Under the pieces are notes generated by a model. The model saw only the letters and a program-made list of their open reading frames with translations. It searched no databases and had not been told where the DNA came from. DNA of 64,000 nucleotides, taken from Patescibacteria group bacterium. Its GTDB lineage: Bacteria; Patescibacteriota; Patescibacteriia; Patescibacteriales; UBA12075. Made by a program: the position numbers and the translations under genes. This document shows, one piece after another, positions 35,263 through 44,167 of the stretch; the stretch's first letter is position 1; each line of letters starts with the position of its first letter. The stretch lies in the NCBI GenBank assembly GCA_018897195.1, contig JAHILH010000001.1, positions 220,565 through 284,564 of the forward strand, in the 5' to 3' direction.

Positions 35263-35297
35263 AAAAAAGAGGGCTTCGCGAAATGCGGGTGCCCTCT
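35263..35297 (-). terminator. Rho-independent terminator of the 81-aa gene
   Basis: agagggc-N16-gccctct stem followed by T5-6 on the minus strand. Confidence 0.6.
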
Positions 35298-35340
35298 GAA
35301 TGTGTCCCATTAATTTGATGATGTAATTTACGTCGTATCA

Positions 35341-35586
35341 CTATATTGACGTTATATCCTCTCCGGAAACTAAACCATTGGCTTCAGCCAAGTAATAAAC
35401 AGTTTTATGTTTTTCAGTTTTCTTATATCCAACCACTTGCCTGTTTTGCACCACTCTCGAGAGCGTGAATGATAGTTTAAGCTTAGCTCGCGCATCTTCT
35501 ATTGAATCTGCACTAACATAACCTTTTACCCGACTAGGCGTTAAGCCATTGCTTTTTTGATGATTTTTCCAAAGAAAAAATAACAT
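35341..35586 (-). CDS. Hypothetical small protein (81 aa)
   Basis: AAGGAG lies 7 nt before the ATG, with its own terminator. No family recognised. Confidence 0.45.
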   Translation of the reverse strand: MLFFLWKNHQKSNGLTPSRVKGYVSADSIEDARAKLKLSFTLSRVVQNRQVVGYKKTEKHKTVYYLAEANGLVSGEDITSI

Positions 35587-35689
35587 CTTTTATCTCCTTG
35601 ATATGTTTGTTTATGAGTAATATAAGTTCGATTACTATTTATTAAATACGTAACAAAAAAATATAGCAGAACGCTATACTTTTGTTAAG

Positions 35690-35761
35690 CTCCCAGGACA
35701 GGATTCGAACCTGTGACCAATTGATTAACAGTCAACTGCGCTACCGCTGCGCTACCTGGGA
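35690..35761 (-). tRNA. tRNA-Asn (anticodon GTT)
   Basis: Hand-folded cloverleaf: acceptor TCCCAGG/CCTGGGA, D-arm GCGC-AGCGGTA-GCGC, anticodon arm GTTGA-CTGTTAA-TCAAT, T-arm ACAGG-TTCGAAT-CCTGT, discriminator G. 72 nt. CCA is not encoded. Confidence 0.9.
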
Positions 35762-35909
35762 ATGTTTATTCTTTTTTTTCTTTATTATAAAAACCAACGG
35801 CTTTTTGTATAGTCTGGAATTCATTTTCCTCGACTGCAAAAAAATAAAACTGAAAGATTTTCAGCTTATTTATATAATACCAAATTTTTAAAATATGTCA
35901 ATTCCTTTG

Positions 35910-36365
35910 CTAAATTGCTAAGATTTCAGTCTTTTTATTGTTTTTTACCGTGAACTCGCGGCTGTCTTCGCTTACATTTTTTATACTAATGTTTATTGTA
36001 TTTTTAGGCAAAACATCAGCTATTTTTTCAGGCCATTCTATTACCGTAACCGTCTTTTCCGCTCCAAAATACTCTGATGCGCCGATATTGGTTAAATCGC
36101 GACCTGATTCTAAGCGGTAGGCGTCGATGTGGACAAATTTATTGACCGTGGGGGTATTTGCGTGATAAACCTTCATAACGACGAAGGTGGGGCTGTTGAC
36201 GTTCTGTTTGACCCCTAGGGCTTTGCCTAAGCCTCTGGTAAACGTGGTTTTGCCAGCGCCGAGGTCTCCGGATAAGAGGATTACTTCGCCGCCTTTTAGT
36301 TTATCAGCTATTTTTCTGGCAAACAGAATAGTTGCCCCCTCGCCTTTTAGGATTATTTTTTTCAT
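35910..36365 (-). CDS. tsaE: tRNA threonylcarbamoyladenosine (t6A) biosynthesis ATPase TsaE
   Basis: 151 aa with the GDLGAGKTTFTRGLGKALGV P-loop and the TsaE/YjeE pattern SPTF...H.D.YR. Confidence 0.85.
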   Translation of the reverse strand: MKKIILKGEGATILFARKIADKLKGGEVILLSGDLGAGKTTFTRGLGKALGVKQNVNSPTFVVMKVYHANTPTVNKFVHIDAYRLESGRDLTNIGASEYFGAEKTVTVIEWPEKIADVLPKNTINISIKNVSEDSREFTVKNNKKTEILAI

Positions 36366-36405
36366 GTCTATTATTCAGACCAAATTCTTAACACGGGTAT
36401 CAGCT

Positions 36406-36441
36406 TCGAAAACCACCTCACCCCGACCCTCTCCTGGCCAG
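36406..36441. repeat. GC-rich hairpin repeat, family B, copy 1 (cctcaccccgaccctctcc-tggcca-ggagagggaga)
   Basis: Stem ccctctcc/ggagaggg. It lies 15 nt downstream of the rpoD stop. The same sequence family is at 41452, 42504, 55135 and 55186. Confidence 0.75.
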
Positions 36442-36455
36442 GAGAGGGAGATATA

Positions 36456-37898
36456 TTAGTAATCTCTTAGCTTTTGAATACCATCATGCTTTTGAACTTT
36501 TTCCAAAGCCTTGGCTTCGATCTGACGGATACGTTCTCTGGTAACGTCGAACTCTCGACCGACTTCTTCCAGGGTATGTGCCACGCCGTCGGTTAGACCG
36601 AAACGCATTTCGATAATCTTTTGCTCTCTTGGGGAGAGTTGTTGAATTACCTCTTTTACATAATCTTTCAAAAGTTGCAAAGCAGCCGAACGATCTGGAG
36701 TTACTGAGCGAACGTCCTCGATGAAGTTTTCCAAAGTGGAATCTTCGTCGTCGTCGCCGACGGATGTTTCTAGGGAAATTGTATCTTGGGAAATCTTGAT
36801 GATGTGACGAACCTTGTCGATGTCTTCGTGCATTTCGGCGGAAATTTCTTCTGGCAATGGTTCACGTCCTAGGTCTTGGATTAATTGTCTTTCAATCTGG
36901 GTAAACTTATTAATTGTTTCAACCATGTGCACTGGAATACGAATAGTTCGAGATTGATCAGCCAGGGCACGCGTAATCGCTTGACGAATCCACCAAGTCG
37001 CGTAAGTTGAGAACTTGTAACCCTTGCGATAATCAAATTTCTCAACCGCTCTAAACAAACCAATATTACCTTCTTGAATCAAATCTAATAAACTCAAGCC
37101 CTTGGCGCCGGTAAACTTCTTGGCAATCGAAACTACCAAACGAAGATTGGCTTGAATTAATTTGTGCTCCGCTCTACGGTCACCACGTTCTTTTCTCTTC
37201 GCCAATTCAACCTCATCCTCAGTCTTTAATAACGGTACACGACCAATTTCCTTCAAATACATTTGAATTGAGTCAGAGCTCAACTTGGACAAATCAGCGA
37301 TATCGCGACCAAGTACATTGCTACCCTCAAAGACACGTTCTTTTTTCTTGGGCGCATCACCATCTTTCTTGGCTACAAAATTATCCGTATCCAAAAAGCT
37401 TGTCTCCAAAATCTTGCCAGTATCTTCAATAATACGTACGCCATTTCTTTGTAATTTCTCTAGAAACAATTCATAATCATAAATATATTCTTCAACCTCG
37501 GGAAAAACATAAAGCAGCTCGGTCTCGGTTACAAAATCACGAGAACGACCTTTGTTGATCAAGCTATTTACCCTCGCCTCCTCAGGTGGCATTACTTCCT
37601 TTTTTGGTTCTTCAACTTTTGGTACTGGTTTTGGAGCTGGCTTCGGAGCCGGAGCCTCTTTCTCTTTTTTAGCAGACGATTTATGCTCAACGTGTTTCTT
37701 AGCAGGCGTTGTTTTTTTCTCAACCGCTTTTTTTTGTGTTACCACAATTTTTTTAACAACATGATTCTTTACTGGTGCTTTTTTTGGCAATTCTTTCTTA
37801 TCTACCTTTTGCTGCTCCTTTCCCTTACCAACAAGCTTAGCTGCGGTTTTGGCAGTTTTCTTGATAATATCTTTCATTGTTGTTTTTAGTTTAGGCAT
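36456..37898 (-). CDS. rpoD: Primary RNA polymerase sigma factor RpoD with Lys/Pro-rich N-terminal extension
   Basis: 480 aa with [40 protein letters not shown] (region 2), then regions 3 and 4 ([23 protein letters not shown]). Confidence 0.95.
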   Translation of the reverse strand: MPKLKTTMKDIIKKTAKTAAKLVGKGKEQQKVDKKELPKKAPVKNHVVKKIVVTQKKAVEKKTTPAKKHVEHKSSAKKEKEAPAPKPAPKPVPKVEEPKKEVMPPEEARVNSLINKGRSRDFVTETELLYVFPEVEEYIYDYELFLEKLQRNGVRIIEDTGKILETSFLDTDNFVAKKDGDAPKKKERVFEGSNVLGRDIADLSKLSSDSIQMYLKEIGRVPLLKTEDEVELAKRKERGDRRAEHKLIQANLRLVVSIAKKFTGAKGLSLLDLIQEGNIGLFRAVEKFDYRKGYKFSTYATWWIRQAITRALADQSRTIRIPVHMVETINKFTQIERQLIQDLGREPLPEEISAEMHEDIDKVRHIIKISQDTISLETSVGDDDEDSTLENFIEDVRSVTPDRSAALQLLKDYVKEVIQQLSPREQKIIEMRFGLTDGVAHTLEEVGREFDVTRERIRQIEAKALEKVQKHDGIQKLRDY

Positions 37899-37928
37899 AA
37901 AAATTCGTTTACTATATATGATTATTTT

Positions 37929-39773
37929 TTAATTTTCAGATAAATACTTGAGCTCATTCATTAAGCCATTAATTTCATCTTCGCTATCAATATCTGTGTT
38001 GGCTTCTAATTGCACTATCATTCTTTCAATTTCTTTCATTTTGTTTTTTCTGTGGATAGCTTTTAAGTCCTTCAACATCCCAATTAAGCCCTCTTTGGCA
38101 TTTTCATCATCTAAACCAGTAAATTCTTTATCAATTAAAAGAACCAGTTTTTCCGCTAATTTTAACTGGTTTTCTATTTCTATTTGATTTTTTGCCTCCT
38201 TATCGCTAAGTAGCCAATTCCTAAATTCAAAATACTCAAATTCACTAGAAGTTTCTTGATTATTTATATTGTTATTATAGTAGAATATTAATTTTTTGTA
38301 AATAGCTTTATTTTCCTGTCCGGAAAGATGCTCAATTGGGAGATTATTTATTAAATATTCAAATAAATATGGAAATTTAAAAGCAAAGGACAGAAGTAAC
38401 TGACTTAACTGATCTTCTCTAGTCCTAGACACATTTTCTAGTTTTCGCACCTCAACTTGATTTCGATCTTGATACTGATTACCCTCGCTATTTTTAAGAA
38501 TTTTTGACAATTCTTCACGAACAACAGATTCGTCACTATTGGTAATCTGACTAAACTTAGAAATCCAAAAATCACGCTCTATCTTGTTGGGCAAAATCGC
38601 AATTATCGGCAGCAACTTTTCTTGCGCTTTTTTTATATTCTCAATCTTGGAAATATTCAAACCAGTGAAGGTTTGGTCAAAATAATATTGCATCATCTGC
38701 TTCGCATTCTTTAAAGCACCGACCCAACCATCCAAATCATTCTTGATACACTCATCCGGATCCTTTCCATTAGGCACTTCAATTATTTTAATATTCATCC
38801 CCTCGCGCAATGTCTCGCGAATCCCGCGGTCAGCCGCCATAATCCCAGCCTTGTCCATATCAAAAGCCAGCGCAATGTTATTTGAAAATCTTTTTAACAA
38901 ATTAAGCTGTTCCTTGGTCAAAGCTGTGCCTGAAGACGCAACCACGTTACGAAAACCATTCTGATGCGCCGTAATAACATCCATTTGCCCTTCAACTAAA
39001 ATCGCATAGTCCTGATTCTTTACGGTCACCTTGGCCTTATCCAAACCAAATAAAACCTTACTCTTGTCGTAAACGTCAGTCTGGGGGCTATTAATATACT
39101 TCCCCATTTTTTCTGTCGCTTCTTTCTCTGGGGACACACGCGCGGTAAACGCAACCGTGTTGGCATTCACATCATTAATCGGAAACATAATACGACCACG
39201 AAAGCGATTATAATATCGCCCGGTCTCTTCTTTTTTTACCGACATACCAGATGCAAAAATTTCTTCATCTTTGAAGCCTCGTTCTTTTAATATATTTATC
39301 AAGTCATCCCAAGAATCCTGACTATAACCAACTTGCCATTCTTCAATTGTGTCCTCAGTCAAACCACGTTTCTCCAAATAATCACGCGCCTTCTCCGCTG
39401 CCTTACTGTCCATCAATACCTTGTGATAATATTTTCGAGAAATATCCAAAATATCCAAAATTCGATTCCGTTTCGAATAGGTCTTCGGATCTTCCTGCTT
39501 CAAAGTCACTCCCGCTTTTGGCGCCAAAAGACGCAAAGCCTCAATAAAAGTAATTCCCTCAATCTCCTGCACAAACGAAAAAACATCCCCACCCTTGGAA
39601 CAACCAAAGCAATGAAAAATCTGCTTTTCAGGAGACACCATGAAAGATGGCGACTTTTCTTGATGAAAAGGACAGCGCGCCCGAAAATTCCCCCCAGCCG
39701 CCTGGAGTTGGATATAATCGCGAATAACGTCCACGATATCAAGTCTGGATTTTATTTCTTCTGATGGTTGCAT
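37929..39773 (-). CDS. dnaG: DNA primase
   Basis: 614 aa with a zinc-finger CPFHQEKSPSFMVSPEKQIFHCFGCSKGGD and a Toprim core (LVEGQMDVI...DKAG). Confidence 0.95.
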   Translation of the reverse strand: MQPSEEIKSRLDIVDVIRDYIQLQAAGGNFRARCPFHQEKSPSFMVSPEKQIFHCFGCSKGGDVFSFVQEIEGITFIEALRLLAPKAGVTLKQEDPKTYSKRNRILDILDISRKYYHKVLMDSKAAEKARDYLEKRGLTEDTIEEWQVGYSQDSWDDLINILKERGFKDEEIFASGMSVKKEETGRYYNRFRGRIMFPINDVNANTVAFTARVSPEKEATEKMGKYINSPQTDVYDKSKVLFGLDKAKVTVKNQDYAILVEGQMDVITAHQNGFRNVVASSGTALTKEQLNLLKRFSNNIALAFDMDKAGIMAADRGIRETLREGMNIKIIEVPNGKDPDECIKNDLDGWVGALKNAKQMMQYYFDQTFTGLNISKIENIKKAQEKLLPIIAILPNKIERDFWISKFSQITNSDESVVREELSKILKNSEGNQYQDRNQVEVRKLENVSRTREDQLSQLLLSFAFKFPYLFEYLINNLPIEHLSGQENKAIYKKLIFYYNNNINNQETSSEFEYFEFRNWLLSDKEAKNQIEIENQLKLAEKLVLLIDKEFTGLDDENAKEGLIGMLKDLKAIHRKNKMKEIERMIVQLEANTDIDSEDEINGLMNELKYLSEN

Positions 39774-39823
39774 ATATTAATCAATTTACAGCATTATATA
39801 AAACTTAACAACAGGCCAACTAT

Positions 39824-40264
39824 TTACGAAAATAATCGCCCTAACCAGCCCTTCTTTTCCGCAACTTTAAAATTCTTCTCATAAGTACCGTTTCCAATCA
39901 CATTGTCATTATCCCCATCACGAACATTTACTTGTGCGTTTTGCTCTGCACCCCGGACACCACCGATTACAATCTCTTTCAAGCGCTCAATCTCATCAGC
40001 AACCACCGGTCCATCATGTTCGGCATTGTGCATATGAGCAGAGCCGGCATAGCTGGCTTGTTTTTGGTCTAAGTGAATATCGAAAATTACTTTCTCACCT
40101 TCTCGCTTGACATACATGTGCAATCTCGGATAATGGTCACGCCCCAAACGACGCACGAAGCTTTCTTTGCCCATTTTACGGTCAACGATAAAACCATAGC
40201 CGGCGTTGCGGAGGAAATGTTCGGGGTGACCATTGATTTGATTTTGATGGACGATTAATTTCAT
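39824..40264 (-). CDS. Conserved hypothetical protein (146 aa)
   Basis: Intact ORF immediately downstream of dnaG. HYPRLHMYVKR...HLDQKQASYAGSAHMH motifs. No family name recalled. Confidence 0.5.
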   Translation of the reverse strand: MKLIVHQNQINGHPEHFLRNAGYGFIVDRKMGKESFVRRLGRDHYPRLHMYVKREGEKVIFDIHLDQKQASYAGSAHMHNAEHDGPVVADEIERLKEIVIGGVRGAEQNAQVNVRDGDNDNVIGNGTYEKNFKVAEKKGWLGRLFS

Positions 40265-40326
40265 TTAATTTACGTTTAATTTGATTAATGATATAATTAA
40301 AATAGTTTAATAATTAACTTAAAGTT

Positions 40327-40524
40327 ATGTTTCAATCTCTAACACCAGAAATGAGCGCATTATTACTTATTCTCATTATCTGGGAAGCAAGCTGGAAAGG
40401 CATGGCGCTTTGGAAAGCAAGCAAGAATGACCAATTGAATTGGTTTGTTGCAATTTTTCTACTCAACACTGTTGGCATTTTACCGATTGTGTATATTAAG
40501 TTTTTTCAAAAGAAAGCAATTTAA
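40327..40524 (+). CDS. DUF5652-like small membrane protein
   Basis: 65 aa with 2 TM segments and an ALWKASKNDQLNWFVAIFLLNTVGILPIVYI pattern. Confidence 0.55.
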   Translation: MFQSLTPEMSALLLILIIWEASWKGMALWKASKNDQLNWFVAIFLLNTVGILPIVYIKFFQKKAI

Positions 40525-41399
40525 GTTTTTGCTTTGCTTTTGACGTTCAGCTTGCCTAAAACAAAAGTCAGGGTTAGACCGATTGGCCAGGCGGCTTTCA
40601 ATAACAGGTATTGCCAATACGGATGCCATTTTTTAAAATATTTCAACATTGAATTTCGAAAATACAATTGTTTTTTGATTGTGCCCACTTGCTTAAAACT
40701 CTGACCAACATAATCAATACATTTTGCCGCTGGTGTATACCAGACCTCGCCCTTATTCGAGCCGTTGTGCCCATTATAAACTTTTTTACAATAATCCACC
40801 TCGTCAAACCACAAGAAATATCTTTCATCCATCCAAAATAATGGTTTATTGTCACTCAACATGTTTACCATAAAAAATCCACCTCGAATCGAATCAACTT
40901 TCGCTGCCTTACTATAATCAAAATCAACGCACAAATATTTATCCAGTGCATGCGAAAAAATATGTGGAATTTTCAAAACTACCGCTAACTGATTCCACGC
41001 TGTTGGGAAGCGACGAACATGTGGCATCGTTTCTCCCGTCTCAGTCACCAAATGACATCCGGCCACACTGGCTTGCGGATTGGCGCGCATCCAATCAAGC
41101 ATGTTTTTGAGCGTATCCGGAAAAACGCGCATGTCTGGATTGAGCAAAAGAATAAAATCACCCGTCGCCATATTTATTCCCAAATTACAACCACGCGCAA
41201 AGCCCGCATTGTAAGAATTCTCCACCACTTCAACTAAAGAAAACTCAGTCTCGACCATCTTGACGGTATCATCGGCTGAATCATTATCAACCACAATTAC
41301 CTCATAACTAAAATCACCCTCACTTTGAAAAAGAGCTTTTAAGTTGTCTCGCAATTTATCGCGGACATTCCAGGAGACGATGACGATGCTTAAATCCAT
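40521..41399 (-). CDS. Glycosyltransferase family 2
   Basis: 292 aa with LSIVIVSWNVRD...VVDNDSADDT...NAGFARGCN and a DxD-like LLNPD. Confidence 0.85.
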   Translation of the reverse strand: MDLSIVIVSWNVRDKLRDNLKALFQSEGDFSYEVIVVDNDSADDTVKMVETEFSLVEVVENSYNAGFARGCNLGINMATGDFILLLNPDMRVFPDTLKNMLDWMRANPQASVAGCHLVTETGETMPHVRRFPTAWNQLAVVLKIPHIFSHALDKYLCVDFDYSKAAKVDSIRGGFFMVNMLSDNKPLFWMDERYFLWFDEVDYCKKVYNGHNGSNKGEVWYTPAAKCIDYVGQSFKQVGTIKKQLYFRNSMLKYFKKWHPYWQYLLLKAAWPIGLTLTFVLGKLNVKSKAKT

Positions 41400-41451
41400 A
41401 TATTTTAATGCTATTTATAATTTAATATATTCATTTTGCCACGAAAAACTA

Positions 41452-41487
41452 CCTCACCCCGACCCTCTCCTGGCAAGGAGAGGGAGA
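41452..41487. repeat. GC-rich hairpin repeat, family B, copy 2
   Basis: cctcaccccgaccctctcctggcaaggagagggaga, 6 nt downstream of the stop of the 41493-42464 gene. Confidence 0.75.
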
Positions 41488-41492
41488 ATAGA

Positions 41493-42464
41493 CTAGTAAA
41501 CTTTGGCTAGGCGGCACTTCATTCGCATTTCTATTAAATGCAACAATAAATATTGTTCGAATAAAATAATGTACGCCAAGAGCTTTATTTGATTCCAAAC
41601 AACTACCAGCTTTTCACGGCCACTAATGACACGCCAGTATTTCCAATAAATAATTTGCTGATTTACAAATGACCAAATCCGCACTTGCTTAGATTTATTT
41701 TTGCGATTTTTAATAATATCCAAATTGCTTTCTCCGATTGCGCTCGCCGTGCGGTCATGATAGACAATCGCCTCAGTGACATATCTTGATTTAAGACCAG
41801 CTAAATGCAAGCGGTATACCAAATCACAATCTTCTTTGTACATAAACATTAGTTCGTCAAAATATTTTCCATTCTCGGCAATTTGTTGTAGTGCGGAAAT
41901 GCGATATAAGCCACAGGCGCCACTCGGACCCAGTATGTCTACATTTTCAAATTGTCCTTTATCTTCTTGAGCTTGACCAATATCTACAAAACGCAAACCT
42001 GGTAATAATCCGATACCACAAGTATCAATTAATTCGTAATTTTGTCCGCCCCGGCGGATTGAATTTTGAATTTCGGAGAAGTCCCACTTCAAAATTTTTG
42101 GACTAACCGATCCAAGACTTGAATCTGCGTCCAGGACCGACACCATTTTTTCCAAGGCTGTTTCAGTTAATTTCACATCAGGATTAATGACCAAGAAATA
42201 ATCAGCCCCGAATTCAATCGCTCGCTTAATTATTTTATTATAAGCGCGCCCGAAGCCAAGATTTTCCTTATTCCACCAAAAATCAAAATTTAGATCGGCA
42301 ACATTATCCATGTATTTCTTATTCTCATTTTCTTCCATTTCACTGTTATCAGCTACTAATAATTTAAAATCGGTAAAGGTTTGCTTTTTTAAACTATCAA
42401 AAAAATCGGGCAAGTATTTTACCGTTGAATTGTTATATGTAATTGTACCGATTATTAATTTCAT
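41493..42464 (-). CDS. Glycosyltransferase family 2 (rhamnosyltransferase-like)
   Basis: 323 aa with VADNSE...NLGFGRAYN...LVINPD...EDCDLVYRL motifs. Confidence 0.8.
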   Translation of the reverse strand: MKLIIGTITYNNSTVKYLPDFFDSLKKQTFTDFKLLVADNSEMEENENKKYMDNVADLNFDFWWNKENLGFGRAYNKIIKRAIEFGADYFLVINPDVKLTETALEKMVSVLDADSSLGSVSPKILKWDFSEIQNSIRRGGQNYELIDTCGIGLLPGLRFVDIGQAQEDKGQFENVDILGPSGACGLYRISALQQIAENGKYFDELMFMYKEDCDLVYRLHLAGLKSRYVTEAIVYHDRTASAIGESNLDIIKNRKNKSKQVRIWSFVNQQIIYWKYWRVISGREKLVVVWNQIKLLAYIILFEQYLLLHLIEMRMKCRLAKVY

Positions 42465-42503
42465 AAATTTATAACTCCCTATATAATTTTCATAGCCCTT
42501 CTA

Positions 42504-42538
42504 CCTCATCCTAACCTTCTCCTATCCAGGAGAAGGAA
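42504..42538. repeat. GC-rich hairpin repeat, family B, copy 3 (diverged, with compensatory stem changes)
   Basis: cctcatcctaaccttctcctatccaggagaaggaa. The stem is ccttctcc/ggagaagg where the other copies have ccctctcc/ggagaggg. It lies 10 nt after the aminopeptidase stop. Confidence 0.7.
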
Positions 42539-42547
42539 CCAAAAAAT

Positions 42548-43960
42548 CTAGTTCTCAAAAAAAGCCTTATATGCTAAATAGGTTGAATAAATATCCGCCT
42601 TTGAGGCAATCTCCATCGGCGCGTGCATATTAAATAGAGGCACACCGATATCGATAATCTCCAGATTGCGAGATGCCATGAACATGGCAATAGTGCCACC
42701 ACCACCTTCGTCAACCTTGCCCAATCCAGCTGATTGCCAAATAACACCCGCTGCATTCAAAATGGTCCGAATCTTTTGCACATACTCCGCATTTGCCTCA
42801 GATGTTGAGCTCTTACCCCTGTGACCCGTGTGTCGTTCTAAGGCAACACCAAAACCCAAACGTGCGGCATTGAGTGGATCATGTACGTCTTTGTAATCGG
42901 GATCATAACCAGCGGTTACGTCACTAGACAAGGCCATGCTACGAGAAAAAAGTTCATGCACTTCACTAAAACCCTTTGGTTTGCCAACCAAGCCTAATAA
43001 TTTAGAAATGGTTACTTCGAAATAATTAGAAATGGCGCCAGTCAAACCCTCTGAACCAACTTCTTCCTTATCCACCCAATAAATAATCTGCGTTTGATTT
43101 ACAGATTTTGCGGTCAACAAGGAGTCAAAAGAGCCATACGCACAAACACGGTCATCTTGGCCGTAAGCAGCCACCATGGAGCGGTCAAAGCCCAAATCGC
43201 GTGCCTTGGCTGATGGCACAGCTTCAATCTCCGCACTATAGAAATCTTCCTCAATCATGCCATATTTAATGTTCAAATGCTCAAGGATTGCCAATTTCAC
43301 CCGCTCCTTAATATCTTTATCAACAACAGGAATTGAGCCAATTAAAATATTTAATTCCTCTGCCACGATTCCTTTATCTAGTGTCTTTTCCATTTGACGA
43401 CGAGCCAAGTGTGGCAACAAATCAGTAATCATAAAAATAGGATCATTGTCGTCCTCACCAATCACAAAAGAAACCTGTTTACCATTTTTTAAAACAACAA
43501 AACCGTGCAAAGATAATTGGATAGTCGGCCAATGATATTTCTTGATTCCGCCGTAATAATGCGTTTTTAAAAAAGCCAATTTCTCATCCTCATAGAGCGG
43601 CATAACCTTGGCGTCCAAACGCGGTGAGTCAATGTGCGACATCACCAAACGAAAACCCTCGTCAAATAGCTTCTTGCCAATCACGCCAGCAATCAAGCCC
43701 TTGCCGCGATTTACAGAGTAAAATTTATCACCCGCTTTCAAACTCTTTAATTCCCCAACACTCTTAAAACCTTTTTTCTTTAAAATCTCCACACCAACCG
43801 AGACTGCCTCGCGCTCCGTCTTCGCCTTATTCAAAAAATCCTTATACCCCTCCGAAAAAGCCAAAGCCTTCTTCTGCTCCGCCTCACCCCAAACATCCCA
43901 ACAATTCCGCTTCGCGAAAGTCAATTCTTTTTCTATTTTTTTGTAATCTTTTTTCGGCAT
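42548..43960 (-). CDS. M18-family aminopeptidase
   Basis: 470 aa with SHIDSPRLDAK, HYYGGIKKYHW and C-terminal metal-ligand regions typical of M18 aminopeptidases. Confidence 0.75.
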   Translation of the reverse strand: MPKKDYKKIEKELTFAKRNCWDVWGEAEQKKALAFSEGYKDFLNKAKTEREAVSVGVEILKKKGFKSVGELKSLKAGDKFYSVNRGKGLIAGVIGKKLFDEGFRLVMSHIDSPRLDAKVMPLYEDEKLAFLKTHYYGGIKKYHWPTIQLSLHGFVVLKNGKQVSFVIGEDDNDPIFMITDLLPHLARRQMEKTLDKGIVAEELNILIGSIPVVDKDIKERVKLAILEHLNIKYGMIEEDFYSAEIEAVPSAKARDLGFDRSMVAAYGQDDRVCAYGSFDSLLTAKSVNQTQIIYWVDKEEVGSEGLTGAISNYFEVTISKLLGLVGKPKGFSEVHELFSRSMALSSDVTAGYDPDYKDVHDPLNAARLGFGVALERHTGHRGKSSTSEANAEYVQKIRTILNAAGVIWQSAGLGKVDEGGGGTIAMFMASRNLEIIDIGVPLFNMHAPMEIASKADIYSTYLAYKAFFEN

Positions 43961-43988
43961 ATATTTGTAAAATTATCAATAATAACTA

Positions 43989-44160
43989 CCGTCATCCCCA
44001 CGAAGGCGGGGATCCAGGTACCTCGCAGATTGTTTTTAGAATAAGTAGAATTAAAATTTACGAAGTTTTATTTGTTATCAATTTATGTATTAAGATTAGT
44101 CTCTATGATTACGCATCCATTGTCTGTGGCGCCTGGATTCCCGCCTTCGCGGGAATGACG
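43989..44160. mobile_element. MITE-like non-coding element, copy 2 (172 bp)
   Basis: Termini cgtcatccccacgaaggcggggatccagg (43989-44017) and cctggattcccgccttcgcgggaatgacg (44132-44160). Its internal blocks align with copy 1 (attaaaattta, tatcaat, attaaga, tctat), in the same orientation. Confidence 0.75.
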
Positions 44161-44167
44161 AATGTAT

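Noticed and set aside
13305-35586. Calling the SD-bearing genes genomic islands on GC content alone
   Set aside because: Hand counts show that housekeeping genes such as dnaE also reach about 48% GC locally. GC by eye therefore does not discriminate. Only the SD and promoter contrast is reported as observed, and composition is left for computation.
35682-35891. 69-aa plus-strand ORF
   Set aside because: It overlaps the antisense strand of a well-folding tRNA-Asn gene and the AT-rich spacer. It has no SD and an implausible sequence.
37552-37889. Plus-strand ORFs opposite the 5' end of rpoD
   Set aside because: They are antisense to the Lys/Pro-rich N-terminal extension of RpoD. The repetitive AAA/AAG codons produce long Phe-rich shadow frames.
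39333-39764. 143-aa plus-strand ORF and 78-aa minus-strand alternative-frame ORF within dnaG
   Set aside because: Both lie inside the well-supported primase zinc-finger coding region, so they are shadow or alternative-frame ORFs.
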